A DNA stretch of 32,000 nucleotides from contig JALDRA010000001.1 of NCBI GenBank assembly GCA_031316235.1, positions 1,230,001 through 1,262,000 on the forward strand. The letters run 5' to 3'. Shown here piece by piece: positions 16,416 to 24,980 of the stretch. A model generated the notes under the pieces. It did not search any database. It had not been told where the DNA came from and saw nothing but the letters and a program-made list of their open reading frames with translations. The position numbers were made by a program, and so were the translations under genes. The number at the start of each line of letters is the position of its first letter. The stretch's first letter is position 1. This DNA is from Candidatus Scalindua sp. GTDB taxonomy: Bacteria > Planctomycetota > Brocadiia > Brocadiales > Scalinduaceae.

Positions 16416-16934
16416 TTATACTTTTCCTTTCAAAAATATTCTCTCGCAGAGTCTCAAATAGAATTCCCTTTCATTCAAGTTTCTATGCCTTTTCGGATGT
16501 GTAGACAACACATTAATTTGCTTATTTCTAATGACCTCTTCTAATTTTTATTTTTTTCTACTTGTGTATTTGGTAGGCTCCATTTCCTTCCAAAATTGTT
16601 ACGACTGTGTTTTCAACGCAAATCTCCTCCTTTAAATAATTCTATTTTTCGGACACAGTCAGCCTGCATCAAAAGCGTCTAATCCAAACCAGGCGTATAC
16701 TGCGTTGTCTGCAACACCAATTCAGTAACTATTAGTAATTAAATTACGTTTAAACAAAAAAACTTGCTACTCAATAGATGGTAAAGAATTTCTTTTTATG
16801 AACAAAAGGTAGCTAGATGAAAAATTGCCAAAAATTACTCTATATAAAAACACACAGTGCAAAAATCAGCATTAATAAAAATGGATCTTTATCATAATGT
16901 GTGAGTAAAAATAAGGAAAGATATTGATAAAAAG

Positions 16935-16972
16935 ATTATAGTATCATGCGGATAACAGATTGGTAACAGATT
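16935..16972 (-). promoter_or_regulatory. Candidate activator-dependent promoter: two 11-bp-spaced direct repeats plus a perfect -10
   Basis: The minus strand reads TTGAATCTGTTACCAATCTGTTATCCGCATGATACTATAATC. AATCTGTTA occurs twice with 11-bp periodicity (16972..16964 and 16961..16953). TATAAT lies at 16940..16935. The hexamer at the -35 position (CCAATC) is poor. Confidence 0.4.
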
Positions 16973-17258
16973 CAAAAAAATAATTAAATACTTTATCCTG
17001 AAATGAAATATCGAGGTAAAGCTACAACCAAATTTGCGGACTAATGTCAGATTAATGGGTTTGGGTAAGGGTTCCAGGAATCATCAGAATGGTATCAGAA
17101 GATAAAATTATCCTTGTAAATCCCTATTAACACGACAGTTTTAAAGCATGTATGATTGTGAAAATGATGAACTAATTGCAGAGTGAAGCAACTTGGATTG
17201 AGTATGGCACATGGATGGAGTTTGCATCAAAACACTAAAAATTTTACCTTCCAAGTTT

Positions 17259-20200
17259 CTACTTTGAAAAGAGGCTTTTATATATTTGTTCAGTTTTGGA
17301 AGAGGGGTGAGCGTCTATAGTAAGAGAGAGGACTTTTTTTAATCGGCCGTACACCCCTAACGCTTCTACATTTCGGCTGTTTGTCTGGTAGCATATCATG
17401 AGATTTTGATAAAGTTCCTCAGCAAGGTCGTCATATTCAATGCCTTTGTTGTAACAGTCTATGGCTTTTTCAATTTGGCCGCTATTTTCCCAATAACTTC
17501 CCAATATGATTAAATATTTCACAAATTTGTTCCGTAACCGTTCCCGGGTAAGAATTGTCCATGGCTCTTCAACATCTCCTGCAAGGAAGTTGCCCCGTAG
17601 CAAACCGACACTCTTGACAATAATTCGAACGAATGTATCATTCATTTCGTCTCTGGCTGCTTCATCTGCCTGAATAAATAACCGATCACATGCCCACACA
17701 TCTATCCAGCAATATCGCGGATTTATGCTTAACCGGCCATCTTGTAGTGTTATAACATCGTCAATGCCTATCAGGTTGCGTAATCGGCTCAGCGTGGTAG
17801 TAAAGGCATGATGCGCTGCATCTCCTTCTGCCTCTGGCCAGAGTGTATCACTTATCCTCGTTTCACTTACTCTATGGCCACCAAATGCTATCAATATCTT
17901 CAACATCGCAAGTGGTTTTTGGGGGGTCTTTCTTGAAAAACAGATTGGCTTTCCGTCTTTTAATATTTCAAACCTTCCCAGGGTATATATTTTTAATTGC
18001 CAGGGCCAGTCTTCAATTTCCAACGGTGGGAGTTTCGGAATTAGGTTACCTTTTCGAATAAGTTCAGTTACATAGTCCTTTTCGAATCCTTCCTCAAGGG
18101 CTTTCATGCAGAGTTGTACCATAACTTCAGTACGCCAGAAAAAAAAGTTAAAGTAACCATTTTCTCTGCCAATTGTCATGGCAATTTGTAAATATTCCTT
18201 GCCTTTTTGCTCTTCATTTTGATTAAACGCAAACTGTGCTTTCATTAAAAAGAATGAAAACTTTATTATCGAACTTTTCATACGCTCACCAATTTTTTTT
18301 GCCCTACTCAGATGAACATATGCCCTTTGTTTTTCACCACATTCATACAATACCTGTGCCATACCTAAATTATTTACCGCCTCCGGGAAAACTGCCCCCA
18401 GTTCCGAAGCAATGTTGTGTCCTTTCTCCATGTTATACTTTGCAAGTGACAGATCTCCCTTTATGAGGGCATGCCATGCTGTCAACAAATAATATAATGA
18501 TGTATCATAATTATTAGTCACAACACCTGCCATATTATTGAGATGTTTTTCCGCTTCCTCATGATCGTTCATTGAGAGAAGACTGGCCGCAACAATCCCC
18601 AATAAATTCCCTTCCCAGATATGGACTCCGCTATCCCTTGTAATACGCAGACCGGTTTTTACAACCTTGACACATTCTTTGTGTAACGCACGACAAAAGT
18701 AGTAAGCAGATTCTGCGACTATCCCCGTAATTGCCACCAATGGATTCTCATGGTTTGAATTAGACATCTTACGGAATGAGTTTATAGCCATCGTTGTGCT
18801 TGCAAAATCACCTATATTTAAACTGTGGATGGCCAGATGCTGGTTTAACTCTGCACGGTGTTTAATCTCAAAATCTTTTTGCAAAAATTTATGGGCGTTT
18901 TCCTTCCATAGAGAGAAATCAGGATGATCCGTAAGTCTCTGGGCAAGAGGTGGAAATATACATGAAGTGAGATGCCCCTGTATTTTCCTGTCGGCCAAAA
19001 TGTCCTCATTATGAGTGAATTTATCGAGTTCTGCTATCCAACTGTCAAATTGCTTATAGTCTCTACACTCATAAGTAATGGCCCGAAGTATACCACAAAG
19101 AGATAAAACTACACCTTTTATCTCTTTCAAATCACGAAATAATCTACAAGCCCTTTCGTAGTAGAAAATACTATCCACAGGATTGAAAAAAAGATTACAC
19201 TCTCCAAGCCAATAGGAAAGCCACGGCGAATCATCCAGAATTTTTTGAGGAAAAACCTTGATCCATTCCAGCAGTGTCTGTATTCTGCCACTGAGAGACA
19301 ACTGTTCAGCGTTATCATTGATTAGAGATAAAAGTTTATCCCAGTCTCCAATCTCAATAAATAACTGTGCTGCATCCTCTATCCTTCGGGATTCTTCCAG
19401 GATGATAGCTACCGTTTGTTTCAACTTACATAACTGTTTTGGAGTAAACGACTCCTTCGCACGTGAAAGAAGGAACTCTCTGAACATTGCATGATACTGG
19501 AACATTATCTGTCTATTCGACAGTTTCTTTTCAACAAACAAGTTATCCTTATTCAGTTTTGTGAGGATGTTATATCCCTCCTCTATATCAGGAAGTTTTT
19601 TTAACATTGCTGGGTTTATTGTTGGAAGCAAAGCTGTTTTCATTAAAAAGTATTGTGTCTCTCTATCGGTTTTTTGAAATATCTCACTGTCAAAATACCC
19701 AAAGGTCACGTCCGGGTTACAATTAGTAAAGGAATGATTCCGTGTTCTCTCGGTTTTATATTTTTCTAGTAGTAACAGAAGTCCTGCTGCCCATCCTTCT
19801 GTGTCGGTGTGGAACTGTCTAATCGTTTGGGGTGACATCTTCTGGAGACCTTTGTGTTGAATGATTTTCTTTACTTCGTCGAGACTCAAGCGGAGATCAT
19901 CCCACGAGATTCTACCCATTAATTGGTTTGCCCGCATACGCTCTAAGGCATGCGGTGGTTCATTCCGGCTTATGACAATAACATTTATACCTTCTGGAAT
20001 CACAGCTAATCCATCACTTATCACTTCATGAAACAGGGTATCATCTGGTACCTCCTGGAAGTTATCAAAGACGACCAGATATGGAATTTGTAACCGGCTA
20101 TAGAGACCTTCGAAAAATCTTCTGGTAAAAGTTGGAATATTTTTTAAATATTCAGGCGTGAGATGGGTAAGTGGTTTCCGCTTGTATGGGGACGCTTTTT

Positions 20201-20459
20201 TTACTGCAAGTCCAAGGTAATGAAAGAATGTTGCAGGGTCTTTATCTCCACAATCTATCTGATACCAGAGGGCTGGTATACGGCAATTTTCAATATAACT
20301 ATTCACAAGTGTTGTTTTCCCTGCACCTGCCGGGCCACATATCCATATAATAGGTCTATTTTTGTAGTTGTCTATTAAACGAAAAAGTCGTTTTCGAAGA
20401 GATATATCTTGGTATCTTGGACGACTAATTTTAACGAGAGATGGTTTCTTTTGCACCAC
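17259..20459 (-). CDS. MalT-like STAND/AAA ATPase transcriptional regulator with TPR-like middle region and C-terminal SARP output (OmpR-type winged helix plus BTAD)
   Basis: GTG start with a GAGGA RBS. Walker A is GPAGAGKTT. The MalT-type stretch is WYQIDCGDKDPATFFHYL. The C-terminus LKIYTLGRFEILKDGKPICFSRKTPQKPLAMLKILIAFGGHRVSETRISDTLWPE...AFTTTLSRLRNLIG is a winged helix. It is followed by the BTAD-type sequence EKAIDCYNKGIEYDDLAEELYQNLMICYQTNSRNVEALGVYGRLKKVL. Confidence 0.85.
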   Translation of the reverse strand: MVQKKPSLVKISRPRYQDISLRKRLFRLIDNYKNRPIIWICGPAGAGKTTLVNSYIENCRIPALWYQIDCGDKDPATFFHYLGLAVKKASPYKRKPLTHLTPEYLKNIPTFTRRFFEGLYSRLQIPYLVVFDNFQEVPDDTLFHEVISDGLAVIPEGINVIVISRNEPPHALERMRANQLMGRISWDDLRLSLDEVKKIIQHKGLQKMSPQTIRQFHTDTEGWAAGLLLLLEKYKTERTRNHSFTNCNPDVTFGYFDSEIFQKTDRETQYFLMKTALLPTINPAMLKKLPDIEEGYNILTKLNKDNLFVEKKLSNRQIMFQYHAMFREFLLSRAKESFTPKQLCKLKQTVAIILEESRRIEDAAQLFIEIGDWDKLLSLINDNAEQLSLSGRIQTLLEWIKVFPQKILDDSPWLSYWLGECNLFFNPVDSIFYYERACRLFRDLKEIKGVVLSLCGILRAITYECRDYKQFDSWIAELDKFTHNEDILADRKIQGHLTSCIFPPLAQRLTDHPDFSLWKENAHKFLQKDFEIKHRAELNQHLAIHSLNIGDFASTTMAINSFRKMSNSNHENPLVAITGIVAESAYYFCRALHKECVKVVKTGLRITRDSGVHIWEGNLLGIVAASLLSMNDHEEAEKHLNNMAGVVTNNYDTSLYYLLTAWHALIKGDLSLAKYNMEKGHNIASELGAVFPEAVNNLGMAQVLYECGEKQRAYVHLSRAKKIGERMKSSIIKFSFFLMKAQFAFNQNEEQKGKEYLQIAMTIGRENGYFNFFFWRTEVMVQLCMKALEEGFEKDYVTELIRKGNLIPKLPPLEIEDWPWQLKIYTLGRFEILKDGKPICFSRKTPQKPLAMLKILIAFGGHRVSETRISDTLWPEAEGDAAHHAFTTTLSRLRNLIGIDDVITLQDGRLSINPRYCWIDVWACDRLFIQADEAARDEMNDTFVRIIVKSVGLLRGNFLAGDVEEPWTILTRERLRNKFVKYLIILGSYWENSGQIEKAIDCYNKGIEYDDLAEELYQNLMICYQTNSRNVEALGVYGRLKKVLSLTIDAHPSSKTEQIYKSLFSK

Positions 20460-20732
20460 AGCACATCCTCTATTTTATTTTACTTTAAACGCTTCGAAAT
20501 CTATGGAGCAAAATGGTGGTGATATACGGTCTGCTATCTGCATTGATTGCAGAAGTTGTGTGAAGAGAAAATGAAGAATAACAGCACAAACAGTACCCTG
20601 CATTCATTCTACTCCAAAAACTTTATTGGTATAAACAACAAATATTTTAAGAATAAAAGTTATTTATTACTGCAAAAAAGAGAGAACTCACTGAAATAAT
20701 AACTGTTCAATACTAGATCTAATTGAAACTAT

Positions 20733-20809
20733 GATATAACAAAATAATTTGGTTTGTCAATATGACAAAGTATGACAAACTATGACATTATACCCACGGT
20801 AATTATAAT
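20733..20809. promoter_or_regulatory. Divergent promoter region built from four copies of a TGACAAA core
   Basis: Three exact-phase 10-bp direct repeats are present: TATGACAAAG / TATGACAAAC / TATGACATTA (20761..20790). They are preceded by the inverted half-site TTTGTCA (20753..20759). The plus promoter has -35 ATGACA (20782..20787), a 16-nt spacer and -10 TATAAT (20804..20809). The minus promoter has -35 TTGACA (20760..20755), a 16-nt spacer and -10 TATATC (20738..20733). Confidence 0.5.
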
Positions 20810-21144
20810 CCCATGAAATATATAATAAGGGCACACAGGTACCAGCCTGAATGGAAAACCCGGCCGTATGGGCCGTCCGGACTGGTCGGGCAGGTAACCA
20901 TGTTTGAAGTGAGCCTTAAGTGAACGTGCAATTATTCGAATTGCCTCAGTACCTACAATTAAAAATATTTTTCTATTCAGTTATCGTGAAGCTTGTGCCA
21001 AGCACTCATTGTAAACTTTAGACACTTTTAACGTTCTCCAAGACATTAACCTCTTTCGTTAAAAATAATGAAGTAGATTATTGGCAAAGACAACGCTAAA
21101 ATAAGCGACAAAAAAAATATTACTTTTTATACGGAGACCATAGT

Positions 21145-22266
21145 ATGAAGAAATGCATTGCGGTGCTTGCCGGTGATGGGATCGGACCGGAAATAATGAG
21201 AGAGGGCATGAAAATACTGGATGCCATTGCGAAACCATTTGACCATGTTTTTGAATATAGAGAGGCCTTGGTTGGAGGGAGCGCTTACGATAAATACGGA
21301 CACCCCTTGCCGGATGAGACAAAGGAGGTCTGTAACAGTGCAGACGCTATCTATTTTGGTGCTGTCGGGGGACCCAGGTGGGAAAATCTGCCGGCAGATC
21401 TCACACCCGAGAGAGGTGCATTGTTGCCGTTACGATCTATATATGGTCTGTTTGCAAACCTTCGTCCCGCCGTCATATTCAGCCCTTTAGCTAACGCAGC
21501 GTCACTTAAAGCAGACCGGTTAGAGGGCGGACTTGATATCATGATTGTACGGGAATTAACCGGGGGCATCTATTTCGGCAAGAGCAGAGTGCAATCATTT
21601 ACGGTGAAGGAAGGGGTCCTTCAAGGTGTGTACGCTGCAGATCACATGATCTATTCGGTACCCGAAATAGAGAGGATAACCAGGGTTGCCTGTGAGACCG
21701 CTATGAAACGTAAAAAAAATCTGACGTCTGTCGACAAGGCAAACGTCCTGGAGAGTTCGAAGCTCTGGAGGAATACCGTTATTCAATACGTAAGCAAAAA
21801 TTACCCTGAAATAAAACTTACGCACATGTACGTGGACAATGCCGCAATGCAGGTGGCAACAAATCCAAAACAGTTCGATGTGATTGTGACCGGAAACATG
21901 TTCGGGGACATCCTGTCAGACCTCGCATCCGCCATCACAGGATCTATTGGCATGCTCCCGAGCGCAAGCCTCTCAGAAACAGGTTTTGGACTCTATGAAC
22001 CCATCCACGGATCAGCTCCGGATATTGCAGGAAAGGGGAAAGCAAACCCCCTTGCCCAGATCCTCTCTGGTGCCATGATGCTGAAGTACTCATTTGGCCT
22101 TAATCAGGAATCAGACATCATCGAGCAGGCTATCAGCGAAGTACTGGAAGCAGGGTATCGAACATGCGATATAGCCTGCCAGAAGACACCCGGAGATAAA
22201 ATTCTTTCAACTTCAGAAATGGGGAATAAAGTATTGGAATATGTTCAGAAGATCGTATCTGTGTAG
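21145..22266 (+). CDS. leuB: 3-isopropylmalate dehydrogenase
   Basis: GGAGA RBS. Full-length match to the LeuB pattern: IAVLAGDGIGPEI, LRPA, RELTGGIYFG, NMFGDILSD, GSIGMLPSASL, YEPIHGSAPDIAGKGKANPLAQILS. Confidence 0.97.
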   Translation: MKKCIAVLAGDGIGPEIMREGMKILDAIAKPFDHVFEYREALVGGSAYDKYGHPLPDETKEVCNSADAIYFGAVGGPRWENLPADLTPERGALLPLRSIYGLFANLRPAVIFSPLANAASLKADRLEGGLDIMIVRELTGGIYFGKSRVQSFTVKEGVLQGVYAADHMIYSVPEIERITRVACETAMKRKKNLTSVDKANVLESSKLWRNTVIQYVSKNYPEIKLTHMYVDNAAMQVATNPKQFDVIVTGNMFGDILSDLASAITGSIGMLPSASLSETGFGLYEPIHGSAPDIAGKGKANPLAQILSGAMMLKYSFGLNQESDIIEQAISEVLEAGYRTCDIACQKTPGDKILSTSEMGNKVLEYVQKIVSV

Positions 22267-22397
22267 TTTTCGTTCAACCAGAGGGATTCTGTTCGAGAAC
22301 TTGAATAGCAATTAACCGTTCACGGGGGCGCCATAGAATATCGGAATTCAGATTGAGGAATAAAAATAAACAACTCAAACATGGAGTAAGAAATCTA

Positions 22398-22772
22398 TTA
22401 CCAGATTGCGTATTTATAATTCTTACGAATAGTCTCATCTTTTGTTACAAGCTTTGTAGAATGGACATTCGCCTGCGACACGATAATTCGATCAAAGGGG
22501 TCACGTGTCCAATCGTGAGTAATTGTGCATTCAATTACGTCATTGAATGCACATTCGCATGTATTAAGTCCGATTCTCTTTTCAAGATCAGATACTACAT
22601 CTTTCGCCTTTTTTAAGACTCGTCCGATTTCAAACAAATATTGAAGTTCCAATGAAACGATAGGAGAAATGAACAACTCTTCTCTTGAAATCAATTTCTG
22701 TATATGGTCTGGAAAGAGATCTATTCTGCCGGCATAGAGCCATGCTACAACATGTGTATCAAGATAAATCAT
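22398..22772 (-). CDS. vapC: PIN-domain VapC-family toxin
   Basis: MIYLDTHV provides the acidic residue 1, SLELQ is present, the DPFDRIIVSQA motif is present, and LVTKDE follows. It overlaps the upstream antitoxin gene by 14 nt. Confidence 0.85.
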   Translation of the reverse strand: MIYLDTHVVAWLYAGRIDLFPDHIQKLISREELFISPIVSLELQYLFEIGRVLKKAKDVVSDLEKRIGLNTCECAFNDVIECTITHDWTRDPFDRIIVSQANVHSTKLVTKDETIRKNYKYAIW

Positions 22773-23043
22773 AAGGTTTCCACTCTTTGGACCAATCTAA
22801 ATGGATAATTGCGTCGGGAGACACTTTCAGATATGGCCTTTTTTTCAGGTTTTTCAGCTTGTTCTCAGGTTCTTCCGGTACAATTTTTAATTTGTGCCCA
22901 TTACGTTTGATTTCAACAGGTATACCTGACCTGATAATTTCATCCAATATCCGATAAACATCCTCTCTCAATTTAGAAGCGGTTATGGACTTTTTGCTTT
23001 TCTTCATACTATGGACAGTATCATAGATACGTACGTGTGTCAA
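22759..23043 (-). CDS. Phd/YefM-type antitoxin partner of VapC
   Basis: ITASKLREDVYRILDEIIRSGIPVEIKRNGHKLKIVPEE is the typical antitoxin N-terminal fold. The true start is probably MKKSKKS at 23007. Confidence 0.8.
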   Translation of the reverse strand: MTHVRIYDTVHSMKKSKKSITASKLREDVYRILDEIIRSGIPVEIKRNGHKLKIVPEEPENKLKNLKKRPYLKVSPDAIIHLDWSKEWKPYDLS

Positions 23044-23059
23044 TATGTTTTCGTACGTG
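23029..23059. promoter_or_regulatory. Candidate TA operator: two CGTACGTG sites 22 bp apart overlapping a TTGACA -35 box
   Basis: ACGTACGTG lies at 23029..23037 and TCGTACGTG at 23051..23059. ACGTACGT is self-complementary. TTGACA on the minus strand lies between them at 23043..23038. Confidence 0.35.
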
Positions 23060-23122
23060 CGCTAAAATATTTTTCTATAAATAATTGCCAATTGCAGAAA
23101 TTTACAAATAGTACTGCCTGAA

Positions 23123-23264
23123 GATATGCTACAACCAATCTGGTTTTAGATTTTTCTAAAAACCAGATCCTGGTTAATGGTATGCCCGGACAACAGATGC
23201 CGAAGACTTTACTCGCTCCGTTTTTTCTCGGATATTATCCAAAAACCATTATAGGAAGAGTATA
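23123..23264 (-). repeat. Structured intergenic repeat, copy B (142 nt, inverted orientation, diverged)
   Basis: The reverse complement TATACTCTTCCTATAATGGTTTTTGGATAATATCCGAGAAAAAACGGAGCGAGTAAAGTCTTCGGCATCTGTTGTCCGGGCATACCATTAACCAGGATCTGGTTTTTAGAAAAATCTAAAACCAGATTGGTTGTAGCATATC aligns colinearly with copy A, at the same 142-nt length. Confidence 0.85.
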
Positions 23265-23293
23265 AGAAAAGAATGCAGCGCAGCAGTTTCATC

Positions 23294-24919
23294 TCATGAG
23301 TATTCTATCTGAGTTGCAGATAAGTCAGCTGCTACCTGGTAGGCCATGTACGCTTTTTCATTTTCTCCAAGCACCTGGTATACCCTCCCTAAACCCAGAG
23401 CTGCATTACTATAAAACGGATTTACCGCCAGGGCATTATTGTAAAATGTTACTGCATTTGAATAATACCCGGATTTTTCACAGAGAAGCGCAATCGCCTC
23501 AATACAGGGTGCATAGGATGACGAAACAGATAGTGCAGCTTCATACCTGGCCAGAGCCTTTTCCTTTTCGCGGGATTCGAGTATCTTTCCCATATAGAGC
23601 AGAGACCTGACAGATCGGGGATTCTTCTCCAGGGTGCGACCGAAGTATTTCATGGCCTTCCCTCCCTCCTTGTGCCTCATATGGCTGTAACCAAGCCAGA
23701 AAAGCGGTAGATAATAATCCGACATGGCCTCATGGGCATCCTGGTAAAGAGACCGGGCACCATCAACATTACCATGTGCCTCTTCCTCCACCCCCTCGCG
23801 AAGGAGCATCTCTGCCCTTGTTTTTTCGACATCATACGCTTCGCTTCCCGGGCTCAGCCTTGCAAGGGGAAAATCCTTGATGTCCGTACCCCTCTTCTTC
23901 ATGCAGAGTTTTTTATAAAAGCTTACCCTGTTTTCTGCATTCTGATCTTCCATGCGTTTCTCCTCAACATATGTAAATGCATTGTCTGCAACGTCTCGTC
24001 TCAAATAAGGGTTGGCAATAAGATCGCCAAGGATCTCTTCAAGTTCGTTATTGTCCTTGAAGAGAAAGGCATTGGTTCCATGAACCGCATGTTTTTTGTA
24101 AGGGGTGATTGCTGAGAGAACGGGAACTACCCCCCTGGAGGCGTACTCAACAAACTTTATGTCAGAACGACATTGGTTGTACGGTGTATCGAGCATTGTC
24201 GCAATACCGATATCCAGTGTTTCCAGAAACTGATAGTATTCACTGAGTGTCCCCGGTGCGGTAAAGATCCTCTGGTTTTCCTTAATGGATGCAAAGATTA
24301 TGTCATACTGTTCCCTGTTTCCCATGAAAGAGAAGATTGCATGAGGATGTCTGTTACAGATAGCGGTAATCGTTTCTGCGATATAGATCAGGTCTTCGGC
24401 ATGCCCGGATGACCCTCCCCAGCCAATCACAATGGAACGGGGTTCTTCTGTTCTCATTGCACCAGTTTCACAGATCTGATTCTCAAAGACAACCATTCTG
24501 GTATTTAAAAACCGGTATTTTTCAAGGAGCCCGTCTCCTGTTACCTGAACCGCATCTGCCATAGTGATCAGTTGAAAGGCTTGTGCCCTGTTAAAGGGAT
24601 CTCTGAACCACCCTCTTATCCCCACACCTGGCTGGTCTGCAGCAAAATTGTCAGATATTTCATAAACCGTTGCGAGTCTCCTCCTTTTTCGTTCTTCTAC
24701 CACAGGCAATAAATCGTGTTCGGTCAAGAGATGGAGGATCAGAACGTCTGCATGCAGGCAAATCGTCTCAAAATGGGGAGATATCGTACTGACAGTGATA
24801 ACGGCCACTCCCGGAATTTTACCCATTGCGATCGAAGGTTGTTCTACGCGGTAGAGATAGTCTCCTGTTGCCGATGTCTGCATGGCAACAGCATTCACGA
24901 TCAATATGTCATCTCCCAT
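23294..24919 (-). CDS. GT-B-fold glycosyltransferase-like protein with C-terminal TPR repeats
   Basis: The N-terminal ~340 aa have a Rossmann-like two-lobe layout (IVIGWGGSSGH..., ...EYASRGVVPVLSAITPYKK.. typical of the GT1/GT4 C-lobe). The C-terminal ~150 aa are TPR-like (ALSVSSSYAPCIEAIALLCEKSGYYSNAVTFYNNALAVNPFYSNAALGLGRVYQVLGENEKAY). Confidence 0.65.
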   Translation of the reverse strand: MGDDILIVNAVAMQTSATGDYLYRVEQPSIAMGKIPGVAVITVSTISPHFETICLHADVLILHLLTEHDLLPVVEERKRRRLATVYEISDNFAADQPGVGIRGWFRDPFNRAQAFQLITMADAVQVTGDGLLEKYRFLNTRMVVFENQICETGAMRTEEPRSIVIGWGGSSGHAEDLIYIAETITAICNRHPHAIFSFMGNREQYDIIFASIKENQRIFTAPGTLSEYYQFLETLDIGIATMLDTPYNQCRSDIKFVEYASRGVVPVLSAITPYKKHAVHGTNAFLFKDNNELEEILGDLIANPYLRRDVADNAFTYVEEKRMEDQNAENRVSFYKKLCMKKRGTDIKDFPLARLSPGSEAYDVEKTRAEMLLREGVEEEAHGNVDGARSLYQDAHEAMSDYYLPLFWLGYSHMRHKEGGKAMKYFGRTLEKNPRSVRSLLYMGKILESREKEKALARYEAALSVSSSYAPCIEAIALLCEKSGYYSNAVTFYNNALAVNPFYSNAALGLGRVYQVLGENEKAYMAYQVAADLSATQIEYS

Positions 24920-24980
24920 GTTCTGTAACCTTAAGAAAAGAAGCGTGAGCTACTGGATAAAATGGAGGTATATGTTAAGC

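Noticed and set aside
16416-17258. Hidden protein-coding gene or tRNA in the 843-bp gap
   Set aside because: There is no ORF of 60 aa or more. The only ATG-initiated peptides seen are about 13 to 16 aa without an RBS. I found no tRNA-like GTTCGAATC or T-loop signature in the window.
20813-20923. 36-aa small ORF (MKYIIRAHRYQPEWKTRPYGPSGLVGQVTMFEVSLK) in the GC-rich island
   Set aside because: Its ATG begins only 3 nt after the predicted -10 box, so it would probably lie upstream of the TSS. It has no RBS and no recognisable motif. The region is kept only as a possible RNA element.
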